Shown piece by piece: positions 16,221 through 25,541 of a stretch of DNA of 25,564 nucleotides. Below the pieces are notes generated by a model. That model was not told the DNA's origin. It did not search any database and was given only the letters and a program-made list of their open reading frames with translations. The stretch's first letter is position 1, and each line of letters opens with the position of its first letter. The DNA lies in contig JANMKN010000264.1 of NCBI GenBank assembly GCA_031372065.1, positions 1-25,564 on the forward strand, in the 5' to 3' direction. Origin of the DNA: Abditibacteriaceae bacterium. Lineage in GTDB: Bacteria; Armatimonadota; Abditibacteriia; Abditibacteriales; Abditibacteriaceae. A program made the position numbers and the translations under genes.

Positions 16221-17195
16221 GGCTCATCCGTCCCTTTCGTTTCGGTTTTCGCTTCAAAATCGGCTTCCGCATCCAAGACCGCTTGCATGGCGACGCAGGA
16301 AACTTCGAGTTGCGCGTCGTCGGGTTGGCGTGTGGTCAGGCGCTGCATCCATAAACCGGGAATCATTAAGGTTTGCGCAAAGTGGCCCAAAGTCGGGTGC
16401 GCCGTCAGTTTGATGACTTCAAACGACACACCGGCGACAACCGGCATCAGGGCGAGGCGCCACAAAACGCGCGGCAAGTGGCTTTCTGTCCACGGCAAAA
16501 ACGAAAAGCAAATGATGCTGACCACAATGGTCAACAGCGCGAAGCCCGTGCCGCAACGCGGATGCGGCGTATCAAAAGGTCGCGCGCTTTCGGGAACAAT
16601 CGGCAAGCCATTTTCTGCCGCGTAAACGACTTTGTGTTCGGCGCCGTGATATTCAAAAACGCGGCGAATATCAGGACGCAAGCCAATCAATCCAACATAA
16701 GCCACAAAAATTGTTAGCTTCACAAGCCCTTCGGCCAAATTGAGCAGAATACGATCATCCGTGAGCGGTTTGATGGCCCAGTCCGTGATGATATTTGGCA
16801 AAGCCACGAACAAAAGCATCCCCAAACCAAACGAGATAATCGTCGTGAGGGCGAATATCCAAATCGGCATTCCGCTTTGTTCTTCAGTTTTTTGGCTCAT
16901 AAGGAGACGTTGTGCTTTTGGCGGGCGCGTTTTCGATGTCCTGCATTGCCAAGTCGCTTGACCATTTCAGATAACGCGAGCCAAGAATCAGCATTTCGAC
17001 CAGCGCAATTGTGCCACGCAAAAACGGGATGTTCAGCCATTTATGCGTTTTGAAAATCGAATTGAATTCTTCTATGCGCGTTTCGATGCTGCCATCGGCG
17101 CGCCGCACTGCGGCCCCCACAAAACGCGGCGAGCGCATCATGACGCCTTCGACTAAAGCCTGACCGCCGAGTTGAAATGGTTTTTTGTCGGACAT
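16217..17195 (-). pseudogene. DUF1385/YqhQ membrane protein split into two frames (17195-16884 and 16900-16217) by one extra base
   Basis: The N-terminal part has GGQALVEGVMMR..IPFLRG; the C-terminal part has RVFEYHGAEHK and HPRCGT..PGLWMQRLTT.QP. The junction CCA AAA AAC TGA has an A6 run (16888-16893); deleting one A restores ...EPKTEEQSG... This may be a sequencing error. Confidence 0.8.
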
Positions 17196-17200
17196 AGAAC

Positions 17201-17298
17201 CTGGGACTTTGGGTTTTTGGTCTTGGGATTTTGGCAGAGTTGTTTGAGTTAAATTGCCCAAAAAACAAAAGCCTAAAACCCAAGGCCAATGACTAATG
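17201..17298. repeat. Inverted pair of degenerate heptamer arrays (YTTKGGN / NCCMAAR)
   Basis: Left arm CTGGGAC TTTGGGT TTTTGGT CTTGGGA TTTTGGC (17201-17235); right arm CCCAAAA AACAAAA GCCTAAA ACCCAAG GCCAATG ACTAATG (17257-17298). Confidence 0.7.
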
Positions 17299-17300
17299 CC

Positions 17301-17340
17301 AAAACAAAACCCTGCCGCGCCGGAAATAGGCGCGACAGGG
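17301..17340 (-). terminator. Intrinsic terminator after rpmE
   Basis: Minus strand CCCUGUCGCGCC-uauuucc-GGCGCGGCAGGG-UUUUGUUUU. The one non-Watson-Crick pair is U-G on this strand. Confidence 0.85.
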
Positions 17341-17359
17341 CTGAGGCACGGCAATTTTG

Positions 17360-17608
17360 CTACGCTTTGGCTTTTTCTCGCTTGGCGGCGGCTTTTTGAG
17401 CCTTTTCGCTGGCAACGCGACGCTGATTAAAGCGATCCACGCGACCTGCGGTGTCCACAATGCGCTTTTTACCGGTGTAGTGCGGATGGCACTGCGAGCA
17501 GATGTCCACACGAATGCTCGGTGTTGTCGAGCGCGTTTCCACTTCGCTACCACAAGACAGGCAAACAATCGTTGCCTCTTGATAATTGGGATGAATCTCG
17601 GCTTTCAT
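17360..17608 (-). CDS. rpmE: 50S ribosomal protein L31 (four-Cys, Zn-binding type)
   Basis: MKAEIHPNY..CLSCG..STT..VDICSQCHPHYTGKKRIVDTAGRVDRF; AAGGAAGG SD upstream of the ATG at 17608. Confidence 0.96.
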   Translation of the reverse strand: MKAEIHPNYQEATIVCLSCGSEVETRSTTPSIRVDICSQCHPHYTGKKRIVDTAGRVDRFNQRRVASEKAQKAAAKREKAKA

Positions 17609-17795
17609 TTGGGTTCTGACCTTCCTTACAAAATTCGGCTTCGCCCCGCATTCTGTTTCCGCACAGTTATATGGGACAGTTATACGGGCGATTTGCTTTT
17701 GGAGCAATTTGGTTTTTTTCAAATGCCGCAGCAGTCTACAAGCCGCCGCTTGTTGTTGCAAACAAACAAATAGGGCGCAGTGTTTAACGGGGCTG

Positions 17796-20099
17796 TTAGC
17801 GGGGTGTTGGCGGTAAAACCGGAAGCGCAGACTTTTCAAACCATGCGCCGCTCCATGTTATATCGGCGGGCGGCGTAAAAGCGAAGCGCTGCCAACCCGA
17901 ACGTCCGCCGAAATCAATTCGCATCGCGTGCGTGGCGCCGGGCGTTTGTGGCTTTACCGAAGTGCCTTTCCAACCGCCATCTATTTCCAGAGGTTTGCCT
18001 GCGGGCGCCATTTGCCATTCGATTTGCAGCGTGCTGGCCGAAGGCGGCACGAACAGCCAACCCACCGCGCGTTCGTTGGCTTTTAGACCCATCGGCGCAC
18101 GGGAAACCAAGGTTTGCGCCGTTAATTTTGACGTGGGAGCCATTAAAGCGCCCGGCAACCAGATTGGTAATTTCGTTTGCCCTTCGGCAAAGGGATTCTT
18201 CAATGTAGCCGCGACATTATCCAAAAAGGAACTGGCTTGCAGGACTGGTAATTCCTTGGAAGCTGGCACCGGCAAAAACACGCTGATGGGCACTGGTGCG
18301 TCGGCGGTTGAGCGTGGGTCGGCTAAACGGGGCAGGGCACCCAACATTTGTCCCAACAGCGGTGCGCCATAAACGCGCTCAAAATAGGTGCCCAGACCTT
18401 GCAAATAATGCAAACCAGCGTCGCCGGTGTCTCGCCGCAAGGCCGAACTGGGGCCTTGCGCATTCCAGTCATTCAACGACTCTAAGGCGTTGGCCGTCAC
18501 ATGGTTCAACGCTTCGCGGCGAAATTCCTCTTCGGCTGCTACCGTTTCTATGGCGTCTCCTGTGGCGACTAAACGGTTGCCGATTAAATCGCCTGTCTCT
18601 GCCGCTACAGCAATGGTTTGCGCCTCTGCCGGCGCAGCGGCACTTGCCAGATTGGTAAGGCCGCCTGTGGCGCGGCTTTGACGAGCCGAGGCGATCTCCA
18701 TTGCAGGCTGGTCAAATGCGCCCGGCGCCCCCGCGATCCATATCATGTTCAGCGTTTCACCTAATATGCCGTTGCCGTAAGGTTCCAACGGCGGTGTGAA
18801 CCCATTGAACGGTGGCAGGACAACGTGACCATATTCATGCGCCAATTCGCGCACCCATTCGGCTTCGCTGCGCGGCTCGGTCATTTTGAAGAATACGATG
18901 TCGCCGGGTGCCGCATCGGATTGGCCGGCGGCCAGCCACGGACGCGAAAAAGGCGACACATCAAGTTCTGTGTTCTCGCGCGGTTTGCTGCCGGGGACGT
19001 TGACTTTGGGCATATAAACCATGCCCAAAGCGGCCAAAATAGCCGGGTCGTCTTCATCGGCGGGCCACAGAGCCGAAACTTCCGACAACCAGATGGTGTT
19101 GACCGGATGGTCACCGGGATGGACAGCCATCGCGTAGGGATTTTCCAGACCCGTGGCGCGCTCGACAATGGTATGCAATTTTAAAAACTGGAGCGCCAAC
19201 ATTTCGGCGCGGGGGCGGTCATCGCGGTTTTTGGCGGTCAGCGAGGAATGCGGATAATGCACGCGCACCACTTGACGCCATAAACCGCGATTCGGGCCGT
19301 CGCTTTCGCGCACATAGCCCATGACTACGCTTGCCATTTTTAACACGCGCGGCAGGGCATCTTCTTCGATATTGCGGAACGGCGGCGGCACCTGCGCCAG
19401 ACTGCCTTTCGGGTCGCGGGCAGCGGGTGAGATGAATAATTTGCCGTCTGTGATGAGAAATTCGACTTGGTGCGGGGCATTTTTGTCACGGGCCGAAGCG
19501 GGAACAAAAGTATTTTCGTTCAGCACGAATGACAATTTGAGCGGCTTCCATAAGCCGCCATGTGCCAGCGTTGCGATGGTGTCTAAGGTGTCATCGGCTG
19601 CGACTTGCGGCAAGCCTTCCATTAAAGTTCCGCGCAAGTTGGGCAAAGCATCGCGTGCCGCACTGTAAGTCCCGCTGCGATCACCGGCATAAAAACGCGC
19701 GGCGCGGGCATAGGCTGTTAGCGCAATGTCGCGTCGGGCAAACCGATCCGCCGCCACTCCCCACCAATAATGAGCTTCGGCTGCCTGTCGCACGATAAGT
19801 CCAAAGGCCGGACTGCGCGGCATTTCATCGGGCGGCATCGTCAAAATTTGCGGCCCGGCGGCTTTAATCAGCGGTGTTAACGCCTGCTGCGCGGCATTTT
19901 GTAAAACCGTAATCGCTTGCGTGTTGCCAGCTTCTAACAGCACGCGCCCGCGAATGATTTGTTCGGTCAGACTGACCGGCGGAGTGGGGGCCGCAAGCGT
20001 GTTTTGGGCCTGCGCCGCCAACGGTAGAAAATTCGCGGCGCCGCCCCATAAGAAAATTGTCGTAACAACCCGCCCGAAAGCCACCAAATATCGCTGCAT
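17796..20099 (-). CDS. Large exported hypothetical protein with a TPR-like N-region and an HExxH motif (putative zinc peptidase)
   Basis: Signal peptide ending AAQA; TPR-like AEAHYWWGVAADRFARRDIALTAYARA; RELAHEYGH followed by GILGET. The start is GTG 20102 or ATG 20099. Confidence 0.7.
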   Translation of the reverse strand: MQRYLVAFGRVVTTIFLWGGAANFLPLAAQAQNTLAAPTPPVSLTEQIIRGRVLLEAGNTQAITVLQNAAQQALTPLIKAAGPQILTMPPDEMPRSPAFGLIVRQAAEAHYWWGVAADRFARRDIALTAYARAARFYAGDRSGTYSAARDALPNLRGTLMEGLPQVAADDTLDTIATLAHGGLWKPLKLSFVLNENTFVPASARDKNAPHQVEFLITDGKLFISPAARDPKGSLAQVPPPFRNIEEDALPRVLKMASVVMGYVRESDGPNRGLWRQVVRVHYPHSSLTAKNRDDRPRAEMLALQFLKLHTIVERATGLENPYAMAVHPGDHPVNTIWLSEVSALWPADEDDPAILAALGMVYMPKVNVPGSKPRENTELDVSPFSRPWLAAGQSDAAPGDIVFFKMTEPRSEAEWVRELAHEYGHVVLPPFNGFTPPLEPYGNGILGETLNMIWIAGAPGAFDQPAMEIASARQSRATGGLTNLASAAAPAEAQTIAVAAETGDLIGNRLVATGDAIETVAAEEEFRREALNHVTANALESLNDWNAQGPSSALRRDTGDAGLHYLQGLGTYFERVYGAPLLGQMLGALPRLADPRSTADAPVPISVFLPVPASKELPVLQASSFLDNVAATLKNPFAEGQTKLPIWLPGALMAPTSKLTAQTLVSRAPMGLKANERAVGWLFVPPSASTLQIEWQMAPAGKPLEIDGGWKGTSVKPQTPGATHAMRIDFGGRSGWQRFAFTPPADITWSGAWFEKSALPVLPPTPR

Positions 20100-20222
20100 C
20101 ACTTAAACTCCTGCGGCCAGAAATTCTGCCGTCAGCCTTAATTAAGAGTATCAAAATCCACCAAAAGAGGCGCATTTTCGTTGCTGAAACGATAATTGCC
20201 GCATTTTAGCGATGGAAGACGC

Positions 20223-21320
20223 TTAAATGTATTCCAAAGAATCCAATACATCTTGCAAAACGTGCGCGTTGGACGGCAGTAATTCCGTCTCCAATGAGAG
20301 GATTTTGTTGGTTTCCTCGTCGTGCCAAACGTGCAGATTGAGTTGCGGCACATTCGCGCGCAACTTTTGGCGCACGGCATGAGCTATGCGTTGCTTGAAT
20401 GGCTTTGGCGAGCCGGGAATGGATAAACCTTCGTTGCCCTGAAACGCCCATTCCAGCGATGGCTCCCAGTAAGATTTTTTGTCCAGCCACAACATCGTGC
20501 GGCGCGTCCAGTCTTCGAGAGTTTCATTTTCAAGGAGTAAATTCGCTGCCGAAGAACGGCGCAGAATAATACGCTCGGCCCGTGCCCACCAACCGCGTGG
20601 CCCAATCGGAATAGGCCGCTCCCATTCGATTTCGAGGCGCCCCGTTTGCAATTTGGCCCGCGCCAAGGTGAAATCCAGCGGTATTTCGCCGCTCAGTCCA
20701 AACACGCTCCACGCCTGCCAGCCGCCCTGTCCGTGGCATTCCATAGACGTGAAAATATCGCTCGCCAATTGCTGCGCGGTGCGCGGTTTTTCGTTGGCGC
20801 GACCCAATAAATGCGCCACAGCCACGCGTCCGCAGTGGCTGCAATGCCACGCCGTGCCCCAGCCGTGCGCAGCCAAGGGTTCGCTGTCATCGCTTGCCCA
20901 GCCGAAATTTACTAACTGCGCTTTGGGTTTTTGGTGTTTGTTGACAATGGCCGGGTGGCTGGCCGGATTGAAAGCGCGTTTTTTCTTTTTCGCCTCGCGT
21001 GCCAGACGATTAACAAGGTCGGCGATAGATTTTTCAAGATCAACCGTGTTGTTGGGCGTTTCCCAGCGCAATTCGATGCGCGGCCCATCGCCATCGTCCA
21101 CGCGCAAGTTGCCTTTGAGCGCCTCGCCGCCAAAAGAGGCCAAATTCCAATCGCTGGGCAGTGTGAAGGTGAATCCTTGCCAACCAATCCAATGCTTGCG
21201 CATGGTAAACGCCGCTGAAGAACGCGCAACGCGAGTCTGAGACGGCGCTTGGGGCGCCTTTTGCGTGGCTTCAGACGAAGATTCGTGCGGTGAATGAGAA
21301 AAAACAGGACGTGATGGCAT
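20223..21320 (-). CDS. Hypothetical Trp-rich protein with two related halves and a CxxC motif
   Basis: Long ORF with WIGWQGFTFTLPSDWNL, WSVFGLSGEIPLDFTL and WHCSHCGR. The start is placed at ATG 21320, downstream of the -10 element at 21362-21370, and is uncertain. Confidence 0.7.
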   Translation of the reverse strand: MPSRPVFSHSPHESSSEATQKAPQAPSQTRVARSSAAFTMRKHWIGWQGFTFTLPSDWNLASFGGEALKGNLRVDDGDGPRIELRWETPNNTVDLEKSIADLVNRLAREAKKKKRAFNPASHPAIVNKHQKPKAQLVNFGWASDDSEPLAAHGWGTAWHCSHCGRVAVAHLLGRANEKPRTAQQLASDIFTSMECHGQGGWQAWSVFGLSGEIPLDFTLARAKLQTGRLEIEWERPIPIGPRGWWARAERIILRRSSAANLLLENETLEDWTRRTMLWLDKKSYWEPSLEWAFQGNEGLSIPGSPKPFKQRIAHAVRQKLRANVPQLNLHVWHDEETNKILSLETELLPSNAHVLQDVLDSLEYI

Positions 21321-21361
21321 CGGCGGCGATGAAAGCGGCGAAGTGGCGGATTCAAGGCTCA

Positions 21362-21370
21362 AGTATAGCA
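21362..21370 (-). promoter_or_regulatory. Extended -10 element TGCTATACT
   Basis: The 10-mer AAGTATAGCA (21361-21370) is identical to 5842-5851 and lies in a divergent intergenic region. Confidence 0.55.
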
Positions 21371-21523
21371 GTGAGCGCACGAACTCAGGCGCTAAAATGC
21401 TGGCAAAACGAGCAAACTTATTAACACTTTGCCCGGCTTGCGATTTGAGGCGGAACACGTCTTCTTTTAAGTTCCTAACCTGAACTCAGGGCATTCAGCA
21501 TAAACTCAGCCTGAAACCTTGAT

Positions 21524-23707
21524 ATGAAAACTTCTCCTTTGGTCGTATCGCTTGCCTTGATTTCAGGCGTTTTATTCTCCTGCGTCGCGCACGCGCAAAA
21601 CCACGTTTTTTGGGCCTCCGAACCGGCTTTGCCGGGCGATACCGTCATGCTGGCGGGCGACGATTTGCAAAATGTCACGCAAATTCGCCTCGGACGACTA
21701 TACGATGAGCCGGGGCCAAAGGGCGTCAAACGCAGCCCGATTCAAGAATGGAAAATTGTGACTCCGTTGCAAACAACGCCGCGCAGTTTGAAATTTGTTT
21801 TGCCCTCCGAATGGAAAAGGGGCATTTTTAATTGCGAAATCAAAGGCAAAAACTGGATGCAAACGCTGCAACTCAACGACCCCGAAGTCTGGTGGCTGCA
21901 AGGCGACAGCAGCACTTTTGCCACGCCCGGCGGCACTTTGCGCATCTTCGGTAAGTCGCTGAGTTTTGGCAACAAAGCGGAAGTATTTTTGCGAACTGCC
22001 GATGGGAAAAGCGTGCTTTTGCAAGCTGCACCCGGCGATGGCTATTCACTTTCATTCGCTTTGCCCGCTACGCTCCCAACTGGCAATTACCCGGTGATGA
22101 TAAGCAATGGTTTTGGCCTGACATGGGGCGAAGCGGGCACGCTGGAAGTGAAAAAAGCGGAGTCGTGGCCGACGCAAATTTTTAATGTGATGGATTTCTA
22201 TGGCGCGCAGGCCGACAAAGAAATCACGCGCACTTTGGGCAAATTTTCGCCAGTCGTTGACCGCACCGAAGCCATCAACGCCGCGCTGAAAAAAGCCGCC
22301 GATAACGGCGGCGGCATCGTGTTTTTGCCCGAAGGAAAATATGCTTTCGTCGGTGAACTGAAAATGCCGCCGCGCACCGTTCTCAAAGGCGAAGGCATGG
22401 GCCAAACCGTTTTGCGTTTTGGCAAAGGCGGCTTCGCTTTGGATGGCGGCAGCGATGCACGTCGCTTGACAAACGAAGACGAAAAAACGCCGCCTAATTT
22501 AATCAGCGGCGGCGCTTTTGGCGTGCAGGATTTGAGCTTGTATCTGCCGCGCGTTTATCAAACCGGCATTTCAACCGGCGATGATTTTTCGATGCAGCGC
22601 GTGCGCATTCGCGCGGATCGCTACTGGATTCGCAGCGGCGAACGCGAACACGAAACCACGCTGCGACTGGGTAACAATTGTCGCGTCACCGATTGCGATA
22701 TTCTCTCGCAAGGCGTGGGCATTACTTACGCCGGGCGCAATGAACTCATCGCGCGCAATACCATATACGCGGGCAAATCAAACATCGCGCTCGAACGCAG
22801 CGACGGCGCGATTATCGAAGACAACGAATTTATCAGTCTCGACCCGACGGCATATATTAATCTCAGCGGCGAGGGCCGCAATGTGTATTATGCGCGCAAT
22901 AAACACAGCAGTTTTTTCACGCATCAATCGGATTTCTCGTTCACCTTCGACGGCCAAGGTTCGGCTTACATTGGCAAAGTCGCGGCGGTAGCGGGCGCCG
23001 ACGTTACTTTAGCGGGCGAGCCTCAATATCCCGATTGGGCCAAAGAAAGTCATTCGATTTGGCGGCGCTGCGTGGTGGCGATTATGCAAGGCAAAGGCAC
23101 AGGGCAATATCGTTTTGTGACGGCCAATGCAGGCCGCAAATGGACAATTGATCGGCCTTTCGACATCGCGCCCGATGAAACTTCGACGATTTCGATTTTT
23201 CCGTTTCGCGGGCGTTCTCTTATAATTGGCAACCGTTTCGAAGATGCCAATTGGGTAAACATGGGCTACGGCTCGTCGCTTGATGTGATTTGTGCGGGTA
23301 ACAGTTTGTATCGGGCCGGGGCGATGTTAAATTATGGCCTGCGCGAAATCGCGGGCGTTCATGCCTCGTGGTTTGTGCAATATCTGGATAACGAAATTTA
23401 CGAAGGCAACACCTTAGTAGAAACCACTTCGGACGGGCGCCATCCCGAACTTTTGGATGGCCCTGTGACACGTTTTTGCATCAATCGCCGCACGCATCTG
23501 CACGCCGATAACAGCGGTGATTTAAGCGTCGGCGGCGCGGCTACCGATGTGATTTTTGAAGGCTGCACTTTGGACAATGCGCGCAGCCAAATCAAGGTTG
23601 GTAAAGAAACGTCCGGTGTGCTTTTACGCAACAATGTTTTTACAAAAGGGCCACAGCGCTATAACGGCGATGGCTTGCCAAACGCTGTTGTTGTGCCGAA
23701 TCCGTAG
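21524..23707 (+). CDS. Secreted pectate-lyase-like right-handed beta-helix protein (putative polysaccharide-active enzyme) with N-terminal Ig-like domains
   Basis: Signal peptide ending AHA; 'PGDTVMLAG' and 'PGGTLRIFGKSL' Ig/IPT-like segments; 'DRTEAINAALKKAADNGGGIVFLPEGKY..PRTVLKGEG' N-cap typical of Pectate_lyase_3; Asn-ladder coils. Confidence 0.8.
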   Translation: MKTSPLVVSLALISGVLFSCVAHAQNHVFWASEPALPGDTVMLAGDDLQNVTQIRLGRLYDEPGPKGVKRSPIQEWKIVTPLQTTPRSLKFVLPSEWKRGIFNCEIKGKNWMQTLQLNDPEVWWLQGDSSTFATPGGTLRIFGKSLSFGNKAEVFLRTADGKSVLLQAAPGDGYSLSFALPATLPTGNYPVMISNGFGLTWGEAGTLEVKKAESWPTQIFNVMDFYGAQADKEITRTLGKFSPVVDRTEAINAALKKAADNGGGIVFLPEGKYAFVGELKMPPRTVLKGEGMGQTVLRFGKGGFALDGGSDARRLTNEDEKTPPNLISGGAFGVQDLSLYLPRVYQTGISTGDDFSMQRVRIRADRYWIRSGEREHETTLRLGNNCRVTDCDILSQGVGITYAGRNELIARNTIYAGKSNIALERSDGAIIEDNEFISLDPTAYINLSGEGRNVYYARNKHSSFFTHQSDFSFTFDGQGSAYIGKVAAVAGADVTLAGEPQYPDWAKESHSIWRRCVVAIMQGKGTGQYRFVTANAGRKWTIDRPFDIAPDETSTISIFPFRGRSLIIGNRFEDANWVNMGYGSSLDVICAGNSLYRAGAMLNYGLREIAGVHASWFVQYLDNEIYEGNTLVETTSDGRHPELLDGPVTRFCINRRTHLHADNSGDLSVGGAATDVIFEGCTLDNARSQIKVGKETSGVLLRNNVFTKGPQRYNGDGLPNAVVVPNP

Positions 23708-23723
23708 GAGTTCCATTTGTGCA

Positions 23724-25358
23724 ATGAAAAAACTGTTTTTGCTGACCTTGTTTGTTGCTTACGTCCGCGTGTCTGCTGCCGCAACGCCGCCGAACATTGT
23801 GCTGATTTTGTCGGATGACCATTCGTATCCGTATCTTGGGTGCTACGGTTATGAGCAACTGAAAACACCGAATTTAGATCGTTTTGCCAGTCAGGGCATG
23901 ATGTTTCGCCGCGCGTTTACGAGTGCGCCGCAATGTGTGCCTTCGCGCGCCAGCATCATGACGGGACGCTCGCCCGTGGCGGCGCGCATTACGCGTTTTA
24001 GTTCGCCCTTGCCGCGCGAGGAAATCACCTTTCCCGAAATTCTCAAGGGTGCCGGCTATTACGTCGGCGTGCTGGGACGCACTTATCATCTCGATGGCTC
24101 TGGAAATCAGCCAAAGGCCACCGAGAAAACCTTTCAAGACAACCATCTGAAGACATTCAAAGAACGCTTCAATTATGTGGATGCCACCGGACAAGCGAAC
24201 GTGCCAAAGCGCATGGAAGATTTTTTCGATGGCCGCCCGCAGGATAAGCCGTTCTTTTTGTGGGTGAATTTCAGCGACCCGCATCATCCGTGGGATGCGG
24301 GTGAAAATCCGCCCGACCCAGCGAAACTCAAACTGCCCGGCTACTGGCCCGACCTGCCCGGTTTGCGCGGCGATTTTTCCAGGTATCTCGGCGAAATCGA
24401 ACACGCCGATGGCGATTTTCAAACCGTGCTGGATATTTTGCAAAAGCGCGCAGGTGAGAAAGATTTTCAAAACACGCTCATCCTTTTTATGGGCGACAAT
24501 GGCATGGCATTGCCGCGCGGCAAAGGCTCGCTGCACGAAGCCGGTTGCAACGTGCCGCTGCTGGCGCGTTGGCCCGGCGTCATTAAAACCGGCGGCGATT
24601 CGTCGGCGCTGATTTCCGGTGAAGACATCGGCCCGACCTGTTTGCAAGCCGCCGGTTTGCCGGTGCCTTCGCGCATGAGTGGCGTGAACTTTTTGCCGCT
24701 ACTAAAAGGCGAGACTTTCGCCGGGCGCCAATATCTTTTTGCCGAACGCGGCCCGCACGGTAGCGCGACTTTCACTCTAAATAGCTCCAGCAACGGCATT
24801 GATTACAGCCGCATGGTGCGCAGTGCGACGCATAAACTGATTTATAACGTGACGCCCGGTCAGCGTTATGCGCCCGTTGATAGCGCGGGCGACCCCGGTT
24901 GGCAGGAAATGACGCGAGAACACAACGAAGGCAAATTAGCCGCGCCGTTCGAACAGATTTATTTCGGCGCCCGTCCGGTTTATGAACTCTACGATTTGCA
25001 AACCGACCCGAACGAATTGAAAAACTTGGCCGGAAATCCCGACGCTGCCGCCATTGAAAACGAACTCAAAGCGGCCTTGCAGCAAAAAATGATTTTAGAT
25101 TTCGATTACCTGCCCTTACCGATTCCGCGCGATGCCGATCCAGGTAATAATGCGGATAACAACAATGACCGCGCCAGAACATTTTTGAGATTGGACGCCA
25201 ACAAAGACGGCAAACTAAGCCGCGACGAATTTTTCGTCAATCGCAAACCTGACGAAGTCGCCCTGTGGTTTAAAGCGCGCGATGTCAACAACGATAAGTT
25301 CATCAGCCGCGACGAGTATTTGGCCAACAACATCAAACGCCCCGAAGGTTTGGATTAG
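23724..25358 (+). CDS. Secreted Cys-type formylglycine-dependent sulfatase with a C-terminal EF-hand pair
   Basis: Signal peptide; PNIVLILSDD, QCVPSRASIMTGR (CxPxR), DPHHP, GDNG, KGSL and ELYDL..DP.E..NLA; EF loops DANKDGKLSRDE and DVNNDKFISRDE. Confidence 0.93.
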   Translation: MKKLFLLTLFVAYVRVSAAATPPNIVLILSDDHSYPYLGCYGYEQLKTPNLDRFASQGMMFRRAFTSAPQCVPSRASIMTGRSPVAARITRFSSPLPREEITFPEILKGAGYYVGVLGRTYHLDGSGNQPKATEKTFQDNHLKTFKERFNYVDATGQANVPKRMEDFFDGRPQDKPFFLWVNFSDPHHPWDAGENPPDPAKLKLPGYWPDLPGLRGDFSRYLGEIEHADGDFQTVLDILQKRAGEKDFQNTLILFMGDNGMALPRGKGSLHEAGCNVPLLARWPGVIKTGGDSSALISGEDIGPTCLQAAGLPVPSRMSGVNFLPLLKGETFAGRQYLFAERGPHGSATFTLNSSSNGIDYSRMVRSATHKLIYNVTPGQRYAPVDSAGDPGWQEMTREHNEGKLAAPFEQIYFGARPVYELYDLQTDPNELKNLAGNPDAAAIENELKAALQQKMILDFDYLPLPIPRDADPGNNADNNNDRARTFLRLDANKDGKLSRDEFFVNRKPDEVALWFKARDVNNDKFISRDEYLANNIKRPEGLD

Positions 25359-25460
25359 AAAACGCCGCGCACTCAGGTGCCTGAAAAACGTGCTTTGAAG
25401 GGCCGCTTTTGAATTCGCCGCGCGCCAAAATGATTTCCAACGGAGGCTTTGGAAATTATC

Positions 25461-25541
25461 ATGCGTATTCTTCTCATCAACCCGCCGCACACAGCGATTG
25501 GCAGTCGCATTCCCGTTGAACACTCTGCCGGGATCGGGTGA
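25461..25541 (+). pseudogene. 5' fragment of a B12-binding radical SAM (BchE-like) gene, interrupted after ~21 codons
   Basis: MRILLINPPHTAIGSRIPVEH matches the typical B12-binding N-terminus, which would be expected to continue LPPLGL. It instead reads SAGIG-stop. Confidence 0.55.

Noticed and set aside
21381..21510. RAACTCAG repeated three times (near 21381, 21482 and 21502) as an operator
   Set aside because: Short and irregularly spaced with no regulator nearby; could be chance.
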